Origin: Spirochaetales bacterium
Lineage (GTDB): Bacteria > Spirochaetota > Spirochaetia > Sphaerochaetales > Sphaerochaetaceae
Assembly: GCA_017614375.1 (NCBI GenBank)
Contig: JAGABZ010000013.1
Location: forward strand, 12,414-76,413
Length of the DNA stretch: 64,000 nucleotides
Reading direction: 5' to 3'
Numbering within the stretch: position 1 is the stretch's first letter; every line of letters begins with the position of its first letter. Under the pieces are notes generated by a model. The model saw nothing but the letters and a program-made list of their open reading frames with translations. It was not told the origin of the DNA and did not search any database. A program made the position numbers and the translations under genes. Shown here piece after piece: positions 28,508 through 36,926 of this stretch.

Positions 28508-29416
28508 TCAGAACGAATCGGGACGGGAAAGGGATTTGAAGCCCTCACCAAGTACATTGTAGGCGTCCGACACGACCATGAAGGCCTTCGGATCGGCGTT
28601 TCTGACGATTCTCGTAAGCCCGGCGACCTTGTTGTTCTTCACCACGGTCATTATCACCGGCCTGTCCTCTCCGCTGTACATCCCGGTTCCCTTGAGAATC
28701 GTGCCGCCGTGGTTGAGCTCGCTGAGGATATTCCTCTCGACCTCCTCCATGTTGCTGGAGCAGATGATGTAGACGGTCTTGGCGTGGTTCTTGCCCAGGG
28801 TGAGCACGACCTTGTCGATCATCACCCCGGCTATATAGACGGTGATGACGGCATAAAGAGCATGTGTGATTCCGAAGATGAAAGCCGAGGAGCAGATGAT
28901 TATCCCGTCGACAACCGTAAGGGCCACTCCGAGGCTCATCGGGGTGTATCGCGAGATTATCTGGGCTATGATGTCCGTCCCGCCGGTGTTGGCACCGCTT
29001 CGCATCACCAGCCCCATCCCGATGCCGGTCACCACCCCTCCGAACACTGCCGAGAGCAGGGTCGAAATCGGGTCGGCGTAGTCGAGAATCCCCTCGGGGC
29101 CGATAACCCGGATCAGCAGGCTGGTACTCCCGGAAAGGAGAATCGTCCCGAGAAAGGACTTGAAGCCATAGACCTTGCCGAAGATGGCAAAGCCTGCCAG
29201 AAACAGCGGCACTCCGAGGACGAAGATCATCAGACCGGGGTCCCAGCCGAGGGTATGGAACAGGATGGTGGCGATACCGCTCACCCCGCCGGCGGCGATT
29301 TTCCCCGGGTTGATGAACATGACCAGGCCGGCTCCCGTCACAAACGAACCGATGACTATGTAAAGATAGCTCGGAAGGACATCCCGGATTTTAGCCGCCT
29401 TCTGCTCAGCTGACAT
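28508..29416 (-). CDS. YitT family (DUF161/DUF2179) membrane protein
   Basis: Five TM helices with YitT-like layout plus C-terminal DUF2179-like soluble domain. Confidence 0.75.
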   Translation of the reverse strand: MSAEQKAAKIRDVLPSYLYIVIGSFVTGAGLVMFINPGKIAAGGVSGIATILFHTLGWDPGLMIFVLGVPLFLAGFAIFGKVYGFKSFLGTILLSGSTSLLIRVIGPEGILDYADPISTLLSAVFGGVVTGIGMGLVMRSGANTGGTDIIAQIISRYTPMSLGVALTVVDGIIICSSAFIFGITHALYAVITVYIAGVMIDKVVLTLGKNHAKTVYIICSSNMEEVERNILSELNHGGTILKGTGMYSGEDRPVIMTVVKNNKVAGLTRIVRNADPKAFMVVSDAYNVLGEGFKSLSRPDSF

Positions 29417-29420
29417 CGGC

Positions 29421-30341
29421 TCAGTCCTTTTCCCAGAGTTTCTCGGGGTAGAGGCCTTCGGCGGTCTTGCGGATCAGGTTTTCCCTGACGACCTCCCGGT
29501 CTTCCCTGTAGGTCATGCCGAACCAGCGCTCCGGGGTCCCGAAGACCCTCATCGTCCCCAGTCCGAGCCTGACGATTTGTCCGGCGGCGTCGGGCAGCAG
29601 GCACTCCCCCTTCGGGGTCGAGACGGCAGCGGGAATGAAGTCGGCGAAGTACTTGCCGAAATAGTCAAAGGCGGCGGGGGTAAACCCGAAGAAGTTCATC
29701 GACACCGGCTCCTCGCCGGTCAGGTATACATCACCCTCCGGCAGGTGGCTGACCACCCTGCCCTGCGGGTCGAACTCAATCTTTGTGTTCTCCCTCATCC
29801 CCTGCAGAAATCCGTCCTTTACCTGGCAGACTCCGCGGGATACCGAGCCGGCGGGGGTCATGGTCTTGTTCAGCGTGTAGCCGACCATGGCGTACTGTGT
29901 CGAATCGGGGGTAAGTGTCGACAGGTAATCCCCCAGGATTTTGTACGACTGCACTCCGTAGTAGTCGTCGGCGTTGATGACGGTAAACGGCTCCTTTACC
30001 GCGTCCCGGGCGCAGAGCAGCGCGTGCACCGTGCCCCAGGGTTTGGCCCGTCCGTTTTCGCAGGCGGTCCGGTACTGGTCCTCCGTCAGCAGGCTGTCCA
30101 GCCCCTGGAATACATACTGAGCGTCCATGTTCCGGGCGATGCGGTCGAACAGGCGCTCCCTGAAATCCTTTTCTATGTCCTTGCGGATGATGAACACGAC
30201 TTTCCCGTATCCGGCCCGGCGGGCATCGTAAACACTGTAATCCAGCAGTGCCTCGCCGTGCGCTCCGACGGCATCGATCTGCTTCACTCCGCCGTAGCGG
30301 CTGCCCATTCCGGCGGCCAGAACCAAAAGCGTAGGTTTCAT
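29421..30341 (-). CDS. sugar-phosphate nucleotidyltransferase (NTP_transferase domain) protein
   Basis: 'LVLAAGMGSRYGG' pyrophosphorylase signature, 'PWGTVHAL'; strong AGGAGG RBS before Met 30341 (ORF track extends to 30416). Confidence 0.7.
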   Translation of the reverse strand: MKPTLLVLAAGMGSRYGGVKQIDAVGAHGEALLDYSVYDARRAGYGKVVFIIRKDIEKDFRERLFDRIARNMDAQYVFQGLDSLLTEDQYRTACENGRAKPWGTVHALLCARDAVKEPFTVINADDYYGVQSYKILGDYLSTLTPDSTQYAMVGYTLNKTMTPAGSVSRGVCQVKDGFLQGMRENTKIEFDPQGRVVSHLPEGDVYLTGEEPVSMNFFGFTPAAFDYFGKYFADFIPAAVSTPKGECLLPDAAGQIVRLGLGTMRVFGTPERWFGMTYREDREVVRENLIRKTAEGLYPEKLWEKD

Positions 30342-30434
30342 ATAATCCTCCTGCTTCAAAGTGTTAAAATCATAACATATAGGCCGGGTTGAATCAAACA
30401 CGGACCCGGCCGTCATCCCCCGAGTTCCGGGGCA

Positions 30435-31139
30435 CTATTTGCGCTTGGTGACCTTGCAGAGCCGGTTGCGCTCGGCCAGGACGACGAGGATCCTGTTGCA
30501 GAAATCGGCCGTAACCTCTTCGTTCTCGACAACGGCGCTCTGCAGGTCCGCCACCATGGATTCCAGGGTTTTCTCGACATCGGCTGTGGCGTCCGAACTG
30601 ACCGGGTCGCTGTATCTGAACTCCTCCGACACCCGCCGCAACAGCTCGTTCGTCTCCGGATCCTTGGCAAATCCCACCAGGGAATTGACCTTTGAGCGCA
30701 ACCCGATGATGCACTGGGTCTGGCTGGACAGGATGTCGTCCTGCCGCTCAATCTCGGACCTGACGATATCGACAGTGATGAATCCGATGGCGCAGAGGCA
30801 CAGCAGTACTGCAAAGACCGCCAGCGGAATCCACAGCGGCACCGTTTGGGGCAGGAGCATCGTGACGATGCTCAGCACAACCTGCGCAATCAGATAGACG
30901 GTTCCGAGTTTCGCGACTGGAATCCCGTAGAACCGGCTGCGCGGCGCCCCCTCCCTGCCGAAGGCGTTGAGTATGGCCAGCAGATGCAGCACCAGCGCGG
31001 CGACGGCAAACACGTAGGCCAGCCAGAAGTTCGCGCCCCGGCTGAACGGCAGCACGAGGACGATTACGGAAAACACAATCGCCGCCAGAATATAGGCGAT
31101 GACGATCTTTACCAGAACACTCTTTTTCTTTTCAGTCAT
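30435..31139 (-). CDS. hypothetical membrane protein (4 TM + helical cytoplasmic tail)
   Basis: Four hydrophobic helices then charged alpha-helical C-terminus; last gene of the TIR/SPFH cluster. Confidence 0.5.
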   Translation of the reverse strand: MTEKKKSVLVKIVIAYILAAIVFSVIVLVLPFSRGANFWLAYVFAVAALVLHLLAILNAFGREGAPRSRFYGIPVAKLGTVYLIAQVVLSIVTMLLPQTVPLWIPLAVFAVLLCLCAIGFITVDIVRSEIERQDDILSSQTQCIIGLRSKVNSLVGFAKDPETNELLRRVSEEFRYSDPVSSDATADVEKTLESMVADLQSAVVENEEVTADFCNRILVVLAERNRLCKVTKRK

Positions 31140-31168
31140 GGTTCACTCCGTTTGTGCCGCTTCGGCCG

Positions 31169-32863
31169 TCACTCCGCGTCGGGTCTCCTGGCGCCGCAGT
31201 CGGGACAATGCTTTGATGTCAGTCCCCTGGCTCCGCAGGCACAGTCCCATGTGCCTGCCGGCTCGGGCCGGGCGGCTCCGCAATCCGGGCAGAATTTACT
31301 TGTCAGCCCCCTCCGGCCGCAGGAACAGCTCCATGTGTTTCCGGCCGGCTTGTTCTTTGCCGGGCTCATGGCTCTGTCAAGTACAGGTTCAAGAACTTCC
31401 CTGGTAGTCTGGGCTACGGTACTCGCCACACCCAGACCGAATCCGGCTTCGATGACCTTTTCGGCAATGCTGCTGCCGCCGCCGCTCGAGCCGCCGCCTC
31501 CGTTGGCTTTCTTCATCATTTCGGTTGCCACGATACGACCCGTCTCATCCTGATAGGTGTAACCTCCCATGATCCTTCCCTCGGCTTCGGCATAATGATG
31601 GAGCAGTTCCGACGTCGCCTCACCCTGGGATTTGATAACGCTGGCATCCCTGTCCCCTGTGGCCTCAATGATTTTGGTTTCCTTATTGATTTCCGCCACT
31701 TTCTTATCCGTATCCGCCTCTACGGTCTTTAAGAATCTGCTTGCAAACAAATTCTTGGCAGCCTTGAAGTTGGGATCATCATCGGGAAGCATGACATTCT
31801 GGACGATGAACTCGGGGATGGAAAGCCCGTACTCCGCGAACTTCGCATTCAGCTTTTCCCTCAGAGCTTCGGACAACTCCATCAGATAGCGGTCAATCGC
31901 CATTACGGGGATCTTGTTATCCGTTATCGTCTGGGCCAGGCTGGACTTTACCTGGGCGCGGACCAGGGAGCCGAAATACGACCTGCCTTCTTCGCCTGTG
32001 ATATCGCCCCGGCCGAAGGTTCTGCCGGTCCCGACAACCTTGGTCAGCAGTTTCCGGGAGTTGCTCACGCAGACTTTGAACTCGCCCCGGGCGCCGATTT
32101 CAAAATACATTCCCGTGTCCGGGTCGAACAGTCTGACTCTGGAGTCGGTTCCCCACTTGACCCCTTCGATGACCGACAGATTGACGAAGTACACTTCCGA
32201 ATGGAAAACCCCGGTCGGTTCGGTGGGGAAGTCCAGGGCCTTGCCCAAAAGCGGGAGCTTCTGCGTTTCCAGGGTGTACCGCCCCGGTCCGAAGGTGTCC
32301 AGGGCCTGTCCGTCACGGAAAAAGACCGCCTCCTGGGACTCATGGACAATCAGCTGCGAGCCGTAGTTGAAGTCCTCGATCGGGTGCTTCCAGACTATGG
32401 AGCCGATGTCGCCCTCGTACTTGATCAGATTCGGCACGCCGCTCTTTTTGATTTCATCCTGGACGACCTTTGCCTGGACGTTTTCCATCACATGGGAGCA
32501 GACCGGGCAGGTGAAGGACTGTGCGCCCTTGTCCACCAGGAACCGGATTCCGCACTGGTCACATGCAATCTCGACGTTTTTGATCTTGTCTTCGGTCCTG
32601 TTGATCGGATGCTTGCACAGCGGGCAGAGGGCGGCGTCCCCCTTGGTGCGGTCGTAGACGACGATGTTCCCGCAGTGCGGGCACTCCTGGGAAACGAGTT
32701 TTGACTGTCTGATGTCAATCTTGTTTCCGCAGGCGCATTCGACAATCTTCTTTGCGAAGATGCCTCTTCTGGCCTGGACATAACTGCCGCACTCCGGGCA
32801 GCTGATCATGAAAATCTTATCGTTCTTTTCCATCGCGGACACCTCCCCGTCACTCGACTTCAA
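31169..32863 (-). CDS. SPFH/band-7 (Band_7_1-type) domain protein with multiple N- and C-terminal zinc-ribbon motifs
   Basis: Five or more CxxC..CxxC pairs ('CPECG..CACG', 'CPHCG..CPLC', 'CDQCG..CPVC', C-terminal 'CSCG..CPDCG' x2), central SPFH-like core, Gly/Ser linker. Confidence 0.75.
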   Translation of the reverse strand: MKSSDGEVSAMEKNDKIFMISCPECGSYVQARRGIFAKKIVECACGNKIDIRQSKLVSQECPHCGNIVVYDRTKGDAALCPLCKHPINRTEDKIKNVEIACDQCGIRFLVDKGAQSFTCPVCSHVMENVQAKVVQDEIKKSGVPNLIKYEGDIGSIVWKHPIEDFNYGSQLIVHESQEAVFFRDGQALDTFGPGRYTLETQKLPLLGKALDFPTEPTGVFHSEVYFVNLSVIEGVKWGTDSRVRLFDPDTGMYFEIGARGEFKVCVSNSRKLLTKVVGTGRTFGRGDITGEEGRSYFGSLVRAQVKSSLAQTITDNKIPVMAIDRYLMELSEALREKLNAKFAEYGLSIPEFIVQNVMLPDDDPNFKAAKNLFASRFLKTVEADTDKKVAEINKETKIIEATGDRDASVIKSQGEATSELLHHYAEAEGRIMGGYTYQDETGRIVATEMMKKANGGGGSSGGGSSIAEKVIEAGFGLGVASTVAQTTREVLEPVLDRAMSPAKNKPAGNTWSCSCGRRGLTSKFCPDCGAARPEPAGTWDCACGARGLTSKHCPDCGARRPDAE

Positions 32864-33035
32864 CGTTCTTCAAGGCAAACTCAAGCAGGATCTGGACGAT
32901 CTCATTGCGGGTCCTGGCGGAATCATTGGCAATGCGATCGATTTCCTCAAGCATATCCTTGGGGAGTCTGCTTGTGATAACCACCGATTCATCACGGTAC
33001 TTTTTGGATTCGATTTTAAGCTTCACATCTTCCAT
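32850..33035 (-). CDS. ribbon-helix-helix (CopG/Arc-like) DNA-binding protein
   Basis: 61 aa; 'VVITSRLPKDMLEEIDRIA' beta-strand + helix pattern; stop overlaps SPFH start by 14 nt; AGGAG RBS. Confidence 0.6.
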   Translation of the reverse strand: MEDVKLKIESKKYRDESVVITSRLPKDMLEEIDRIANDSARTRNEIVQILLEFALKNVEVE

Positions 33036-33060
33036 AAACTGCTCCTGGCTTACATTGGCA

Positions 33061-33112
33061 ATCTATTTGTAACACAATTGTAATCTATTTGCAAGCACTT
33101 TGTGCTTTTTTA
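33061..33112 (-). promoter_or_regulatory. promoter/operator region of RHH gene with direct repeats and hairpin
   Basis: 'atctatttg' x2 (22-bp period), 'ttgtaa' x2 (11-bp period), hairpin 'agcactttgtgct'+T6; TTGCAA-17-TACAAA promoter-like on minus strand. Confidence 0.35.
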
Positions 33113-33113
33113 A

Positions 33114-35876
33114 TCAGTCCGGGTTCTGCTCCTCTTCTTTCCGGCGGGCCAGCCTGTCGGAAAGAACCGTGGACATCCCCTCAACTCCCTCAAATGCCTG
33201 AAGGGAGGCATAGTGCCCGGCCTGTTGCCAGAGCTGATGAATCTCCTCGTCAATCTTGTCCCTCCTGTCAAAAAGTCGCTTCAATTCGTCTTCCTTGCCG
33301 GCAAGTTCCTTGTCCGCAGCTTCAAAGTTTTCCCTGCACTTTCTAATCGGTCCGCCCAGACAGAGGGAAAGAAGGACTATAACCGGAGGCCCGCAAATCA
33401 AAGTGTCCATCAGGTGGAAATTCTTTGTGTTTTCATTCAACCCTCCGACAAAGAGCAGTACAAGTGCAACCGGGGCAAAAACCCACAGAAACGGGCGTTC
33501 CTTTTTTATGCCGACAATCACGCCGGCAATCATCACTGCGAGCCAGAAGAGGTAGAAAGGTCCGTCATCGAACACCGCCTCGTGGGACGCGTACGAGCCG
33601 AACCACAGCCACAGCAACGGAGGTATTGCAAGCAACACCCCGATCAGAGTCAAAACGAACTGCTTTCTGTTCCTGGTCTTTGCCAAAGCCTCCCGTTGTT
33701 TGCCGTACCCCGCAAACGGATGCATGCTGATCTGTTTCCGGATGGGAACCTTCTCCATGGCCTTTGCGCAGATTTCCACCCATAAATGACTGCCGTTGTA
33801 GTCTTTCAGTTCCTGGAAAATCTCAGAGGCAGCCTGATACTCAGTGTCGTCATACTTCTTTCTGGCCTCCTGAAACCTCTGCTCAAGCTTTGCCTTCTGA
33901 CAGTTTTCTATCCAGCGGTCCGAACCCTTGTATTGCTCTTTTTGCAGTTGTCTGAAGATTACCAGAGCCCGGTCAAAGTCTCCGTTGTCGTACAGGCCTT
34001 TCGCCTCTTTGAATTTCTCCTCAAGCATCCTGTCGCGGTCGGCCTCAATATCGCCGCGGACCGCTTCAAGCTCGGAGCGCACCCGGTCAAACTCCTCCGA
34101 TGCGTCCTTGTAATCGGTAACCATCCCGAAGAGAAAGACTGCCACTGCGAGGCTTGCTTCCTTCGCCTTCGGATCAGATTGACTCAAGGCATTATCCCTG
34201 CTCTCCGATGCGGCGTTGTATATTGCTTCGCAGCAGTTCTCTTGCAGGGCATCGTTTCCGAAGCGCTTTGTACATGCCGAAACGAATTTCTCCGCACTGC
34301 GCATCTGTGGCTTCAAGTCCTCAAGGAAGTCGGATTCGGGATTATCGACCGCTCTCTTCAGAAGCCTTGAATAACAGAACTCCGCGTATTGATTTGCCAG
34401 GCGTTCGGAATCGGCATTGACAGTCTCCAGGAGTTCTGCTCTCTCGTCCAGTTTTTCCGGCAGTTGCTCAATCTTCGCGATAACCTCGTCAAAATCAGCC
34501 ATGAACTCATCAAAAGTCACGGCAAACAACGGCTGGTCCTTCGTAATCCGCGCACCGGAGCGTTTGACAGCCTGCTCGTGAAGACTCATGCACTGGGCAC
34601 AGTGCCTGCTCAAAACCCGCTTCAGAACCGACCGGAGGTAGCCGGTAATCTCTTCTTTGAGTTCGGGCGAAGCGTAGCGCTGGATTTTCTTCAGATACTT
34701 GTTGTTGTCAAAGGCCGCAGAGGAATCGAGATTTCCGAGGTCCTCCCGGTGGTGCAGCCCGAGGGAGGCCAGCCACTGTCCGAGATAGGCTTCGGCGTTT
34801 TCAGGATCCATGTCCAGAATCCGGTCGCTGTATTCGACGGCCTTGTCGAACTCCCCGTCTTCGAGGAACTGGAACATCCTCTTGTGCAAGCCTGCGATTT
34901 CCGGCCTCATGAATGAGGAGCCGGCCCGGGCGGGTTCCTCTCTTTTGCCGCCGGCGCCGCGGACGATTGTCTTCACCCCGTACACCAGATTCTGCAGGTA
35001 CCCCAGGGCGGACATATCAACTGCCTGGAGCTTGAGGCCGCTCGGAGACTCCTGAAGCTCCCTGGGTATATCCATCAGGTCGATGTCCGCGTACGCCGTC
35101 ATCAGGACCTTTGACGGGTCATCAGCCATCAGACGCTTGAACCGGGACCACTCGTTCTTGACCCAGGGGGCGTTGAAATACACCTGCTCGGTCCCCACCA
35201 CTATCATCACCTTTGCTGTCTGCAGAGCGCCGAAAATGTAGGGCTCATACTCAATCCCGGGCTTGTTCTTCAGCGTCACCTTGGAAAAGAAGACTCTCAG
35301 TCCTTCCTTTTCAAGGGCATTGTAGATATCGAAGGCATAAACGCTGTCCTTCGTCTTGGCTTTTGTCTTGTCATCGGTTTCCTTGTAGCAGATGAAGACA
35401 TCATAAGGTTCGGTATTCCGGGAAACCATGAGGATGTTTTTCTGCATCTCGTCAATCCGGGCCGCTTCTTCCTCGTAGAACTCCCGCTGCCGGGCATCTG
35501 CGTATTCCAGGGCCGAGAGGTAATCCTCATCCTCGAGTATCGAGGACTGCTGTGTTCTGTGGACAGTAGGAACAAGGCGCTTTGTCTCGCGGTTTTCCAC
35601 ATACTCTATGCCGTATCTGCAGAGCACTATGGACCAGTAGCTTTCGGCGTCGGTGCTGTCCTCCGCAAGTACCTGCTCGTACAGGCTCATGGCACGGTCG
35701 AAATCATTGTTCCGCCGGAAGTGGTCCGCCCGTTTGTAGAGGTTCTGTTTCTTGTCCGAATCCAGTCTGGGTACGGTCTGTTCAGTACCGCAGTACGGAC
35801 ACTTCGCCACAAGAGAGCCTTCCTCAACCAGAAGATTCGCTCCACAATTCTTACACATCCGGCTGTTCGTCAACAT
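33114..35876 (-). CDS. TIR-domain protein with N-terminal zinc ribbon, TPR-like helical repeats, four TM helices and C-terminal coiled coil
   Basis: 'CKNCG...CPYCG' ribbon; TIR core 'YDVFICYKETDDKTK...DIYNALEKEGLRVFF...VMIVVGTEQ...WVKNEWSRF'; hydrophobic helices near residues 730-830; lower GC than flanks. Confidence 0.8.
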   Translation of the reverse strand: MLTNSRMCKNCGANLLVEEGSLVAKCPYCGTEQTVPRLDSDKKQNLYKRADHFRRNNDFDRAMSLYEQVLAEDSTDAESYWSIVLCRYGIEYVENRETKRLVPTVHRTQQSSILEDEDYLSALEYADARQREFYEEEAARIDEMQKNILMVSRNTEPYDVFICYKETDDKTKAKTKDSVYAFDIYNALEKEGLRVFFSKVTLKNKPGIEYEPYIFGALQTAKVMIVVGTEQVYFNAPWVKNEWSRFKRLMADDPSKVLMTAYADIDLMDIPRELQESPSGLKLQAVDMSALGYLQNLVYGVKTIVRGAGGKREEPARAGSSFMRPEIAGLHKRMFQFLEDGEFDKAVEYSDRILDMDPENAEAYLGQWLASLGLHHREDLGNLDSSAAFDNNKYLKKIQRYASPELKEEITGYLRSVLKRVLSRHCAQCMSLHEQAVKRSGARITKDQPLFAVTFDEFMADFDEVIAKIEQLPEKLDERAELLETVNADSERLANQYAEFCYSRLLKRAVDNPESDFLEDLKPQMRSAEKFVSACTKRFGNDALQENCCEAIYNAASESRDNALSQSDPKAKEASLAVAVFLFGMVTDYKDASEEFDRVRSELEAVRGDIEADRDRMLEEKFKEAKGLYDNGDFDRALVIFRQLQKEQYKGSDRWIENCQKAKLEQRFQEARKKYDDTEYQAASEIFQELKDYNGSHLWVEICAKAMEKVPIRKQISMHPFAGYGKQREALAKTRNRKQFVLTLIGVLLAIPPLLWLWFGSYASHEAVFDDGPFYLFWLAVMIAGVIVGIKKERPFLWVFAPVALVLLFVGGLNENTKNFHLMDTLICGPPVIVLLSLCLGGPIRKCRENFEAADKELAGKEDELKRLFDRRDKIDEEIHQLWQQAGHYASLQAFEGVEGMSTVLSDRLARRKEEEQNPD

Positions 35877-35933
35877 CAATGCCCCTTCCGGAACCGAAGA
35901 CCGCCCGGGTTCCGGCAGCTCTCCAGCCTCGCA

Positions 35934-35977
35934 GATTACATTTGCAACTTAAATGTAATCGCTTTGTAATCAGAGCG
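35934..35977 (-). promoter_or_regulatory. palindromic operator-like element upstream of TIR gene
   Basis: Perfect inverted repeat 'attacattt-gcaactt-aaatgtaat' plus 'cgct-ttgtaatcag-agcg'; TGTAATC motifs shared with RHH upstream region. Confidence 0.3.
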
Positions 35978-36040
35978 CAAGCCCCTTTTTCAAGGGGAAT
36001 CTGATTTCACGTATGTGATGATGCTCTGTGAGGCCGGGAC

Positions 36041-36562
36041 TCAGGTGGTCTCGAACTGGATGTAAATTGTGGCGGTGTACTCTTCGTCCTCATCCTCGCC
36101 GAAACCCTCGGGCCGGCCGAAGGGGAAGCAGACGTAGATTCCACCGAGAAGGGCGTTGGGAGAATCGCTGATCAGATTCAGTATGTTCAGGCCCGAGGTC
36201 TGCTGGATTCCTGAAACGAGTCCTTCGTGGTTGTAGGAAATAATCGCAATCTCAAAGGGATAGACAGCATCCGAATTCTTCGCCCGCAGCAGGAAAACCG
36301 CGTCTCCGTTTCCGGGGACAATCGAAAGCTTCGCCGAAGAATTTGTGCTGTTTTCGGAGAGGTTGAAAGTCGCAAGGGCGAACTGTTTGCCTTCTACGTT
36401 CTTGAGAGCCAACCCGCTCTGGTCGGACTCTACGACGGAGAAGTCCATCTTGGCGTTGACCCTTCCGGAAACCGAGATTTCAACGGTGTTGGAGGTCAGA
36501 TCATCAGCGTACAGTGACAGCGCCGAAACCAGGACCAGAATCATCACCAGGAGCTTCTTCAT
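36041..36562 (-). CDS. hypothetical secreted protein
   Basis: Signal peptide 'MKKLLVMILVLVSALSLYA'; no recognisable domain; lower GC. Confidence 0.5.
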   Translation of the reverse strand: MKKLLVMILVLVSALSLYADDLTSNTVEISVSGRVNAKMDFSVVESDQSGLALKNVEGKQFALATFNLSENSTNSSAKLSIVPGNGDAVFLLRAKNSDAVYPFEIAIISYNHEGLVSGIQQTSGLNILNLISDSPNALLGGIYVCFPFGRPEGFGEDEDEEYTATIYIQFETT

Positions 36563-36750
36563 AACAGACACATCCTCTTCCAATGCCGATTCTAGAGGAA
36601 CTTCAAACTTCTGTCAATAGTTTGAATTGCCCGTTGTTTTTTTCGGCCGGTTTTTGACCCCAAAACCATCTAAATGCCTCTGTTTGCGAAATTTGCGCTT
36701 ATGTCATAATTGCCTCTGCCCACCCCGCTTCCTCCTATCTTCCCGCTTCC

Positions 36751-36779
36751 TTGTAAAACCCCCGGCTTTGCGCTATATT
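36751..36779 (+). promoter_or_regulatory. sigma-70-like promoter for tRNA-Arg
   Basis: TTGTAA-17 nt-TATATT ending 9 nt before tRNA 5' end. Confidence 0.45.
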
Positions 36780-36788
36780 CTTCCTTGC

Positions 36789-36862
36789 GGGTGCGTAGCG
36801 AAGTTGGATATCGCGTGTCCCTCCGGAGGATAAGGTCGTGGGTTCGAATCCCGCCGCACTCA
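36789..36862 (+). tRNA. tRNA-Arg (anticodon CCG)
   Basis: Hand-folded cloverleaf: acceptor gggtgcg/cgcactc, D-arm gcga/tcgc, anticodon stem tgtcc/ggata with loop 'ctCCGga', T-arm gtggg-ttcgaat-cccgc, discriminator A; CCA not encoded. Confidence 0.85.
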
Positions 36863-36864
36863 AG

Positions 36865-36905
36865 AACAGGCTAGCTGCCTCGTGCAGCGGGCCTGTTTTT
36901 ATTTG
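36865..36905 (+). terminator. rho-independent terminator after tRNA-Arg
   Basis: 7-bp stem aacaggc/gcctgtt with inner gctgc/gcagc helix, followed by tttttattt. Confidence 0.55.
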
Positions 36906-36926
36906 TCGGAACGCCAGGGATTCGAA

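Noticed and set aside
30435-31139. Idea that the membrane protein downstream of the SPFH gene is an NfeD partner
   Set aside because: NfeD proteins have a C-terminal OB-fold beta domain. Here the C-terminus is charged and alpha-helical by composition, so I left it as a hypothetical membrane protein.
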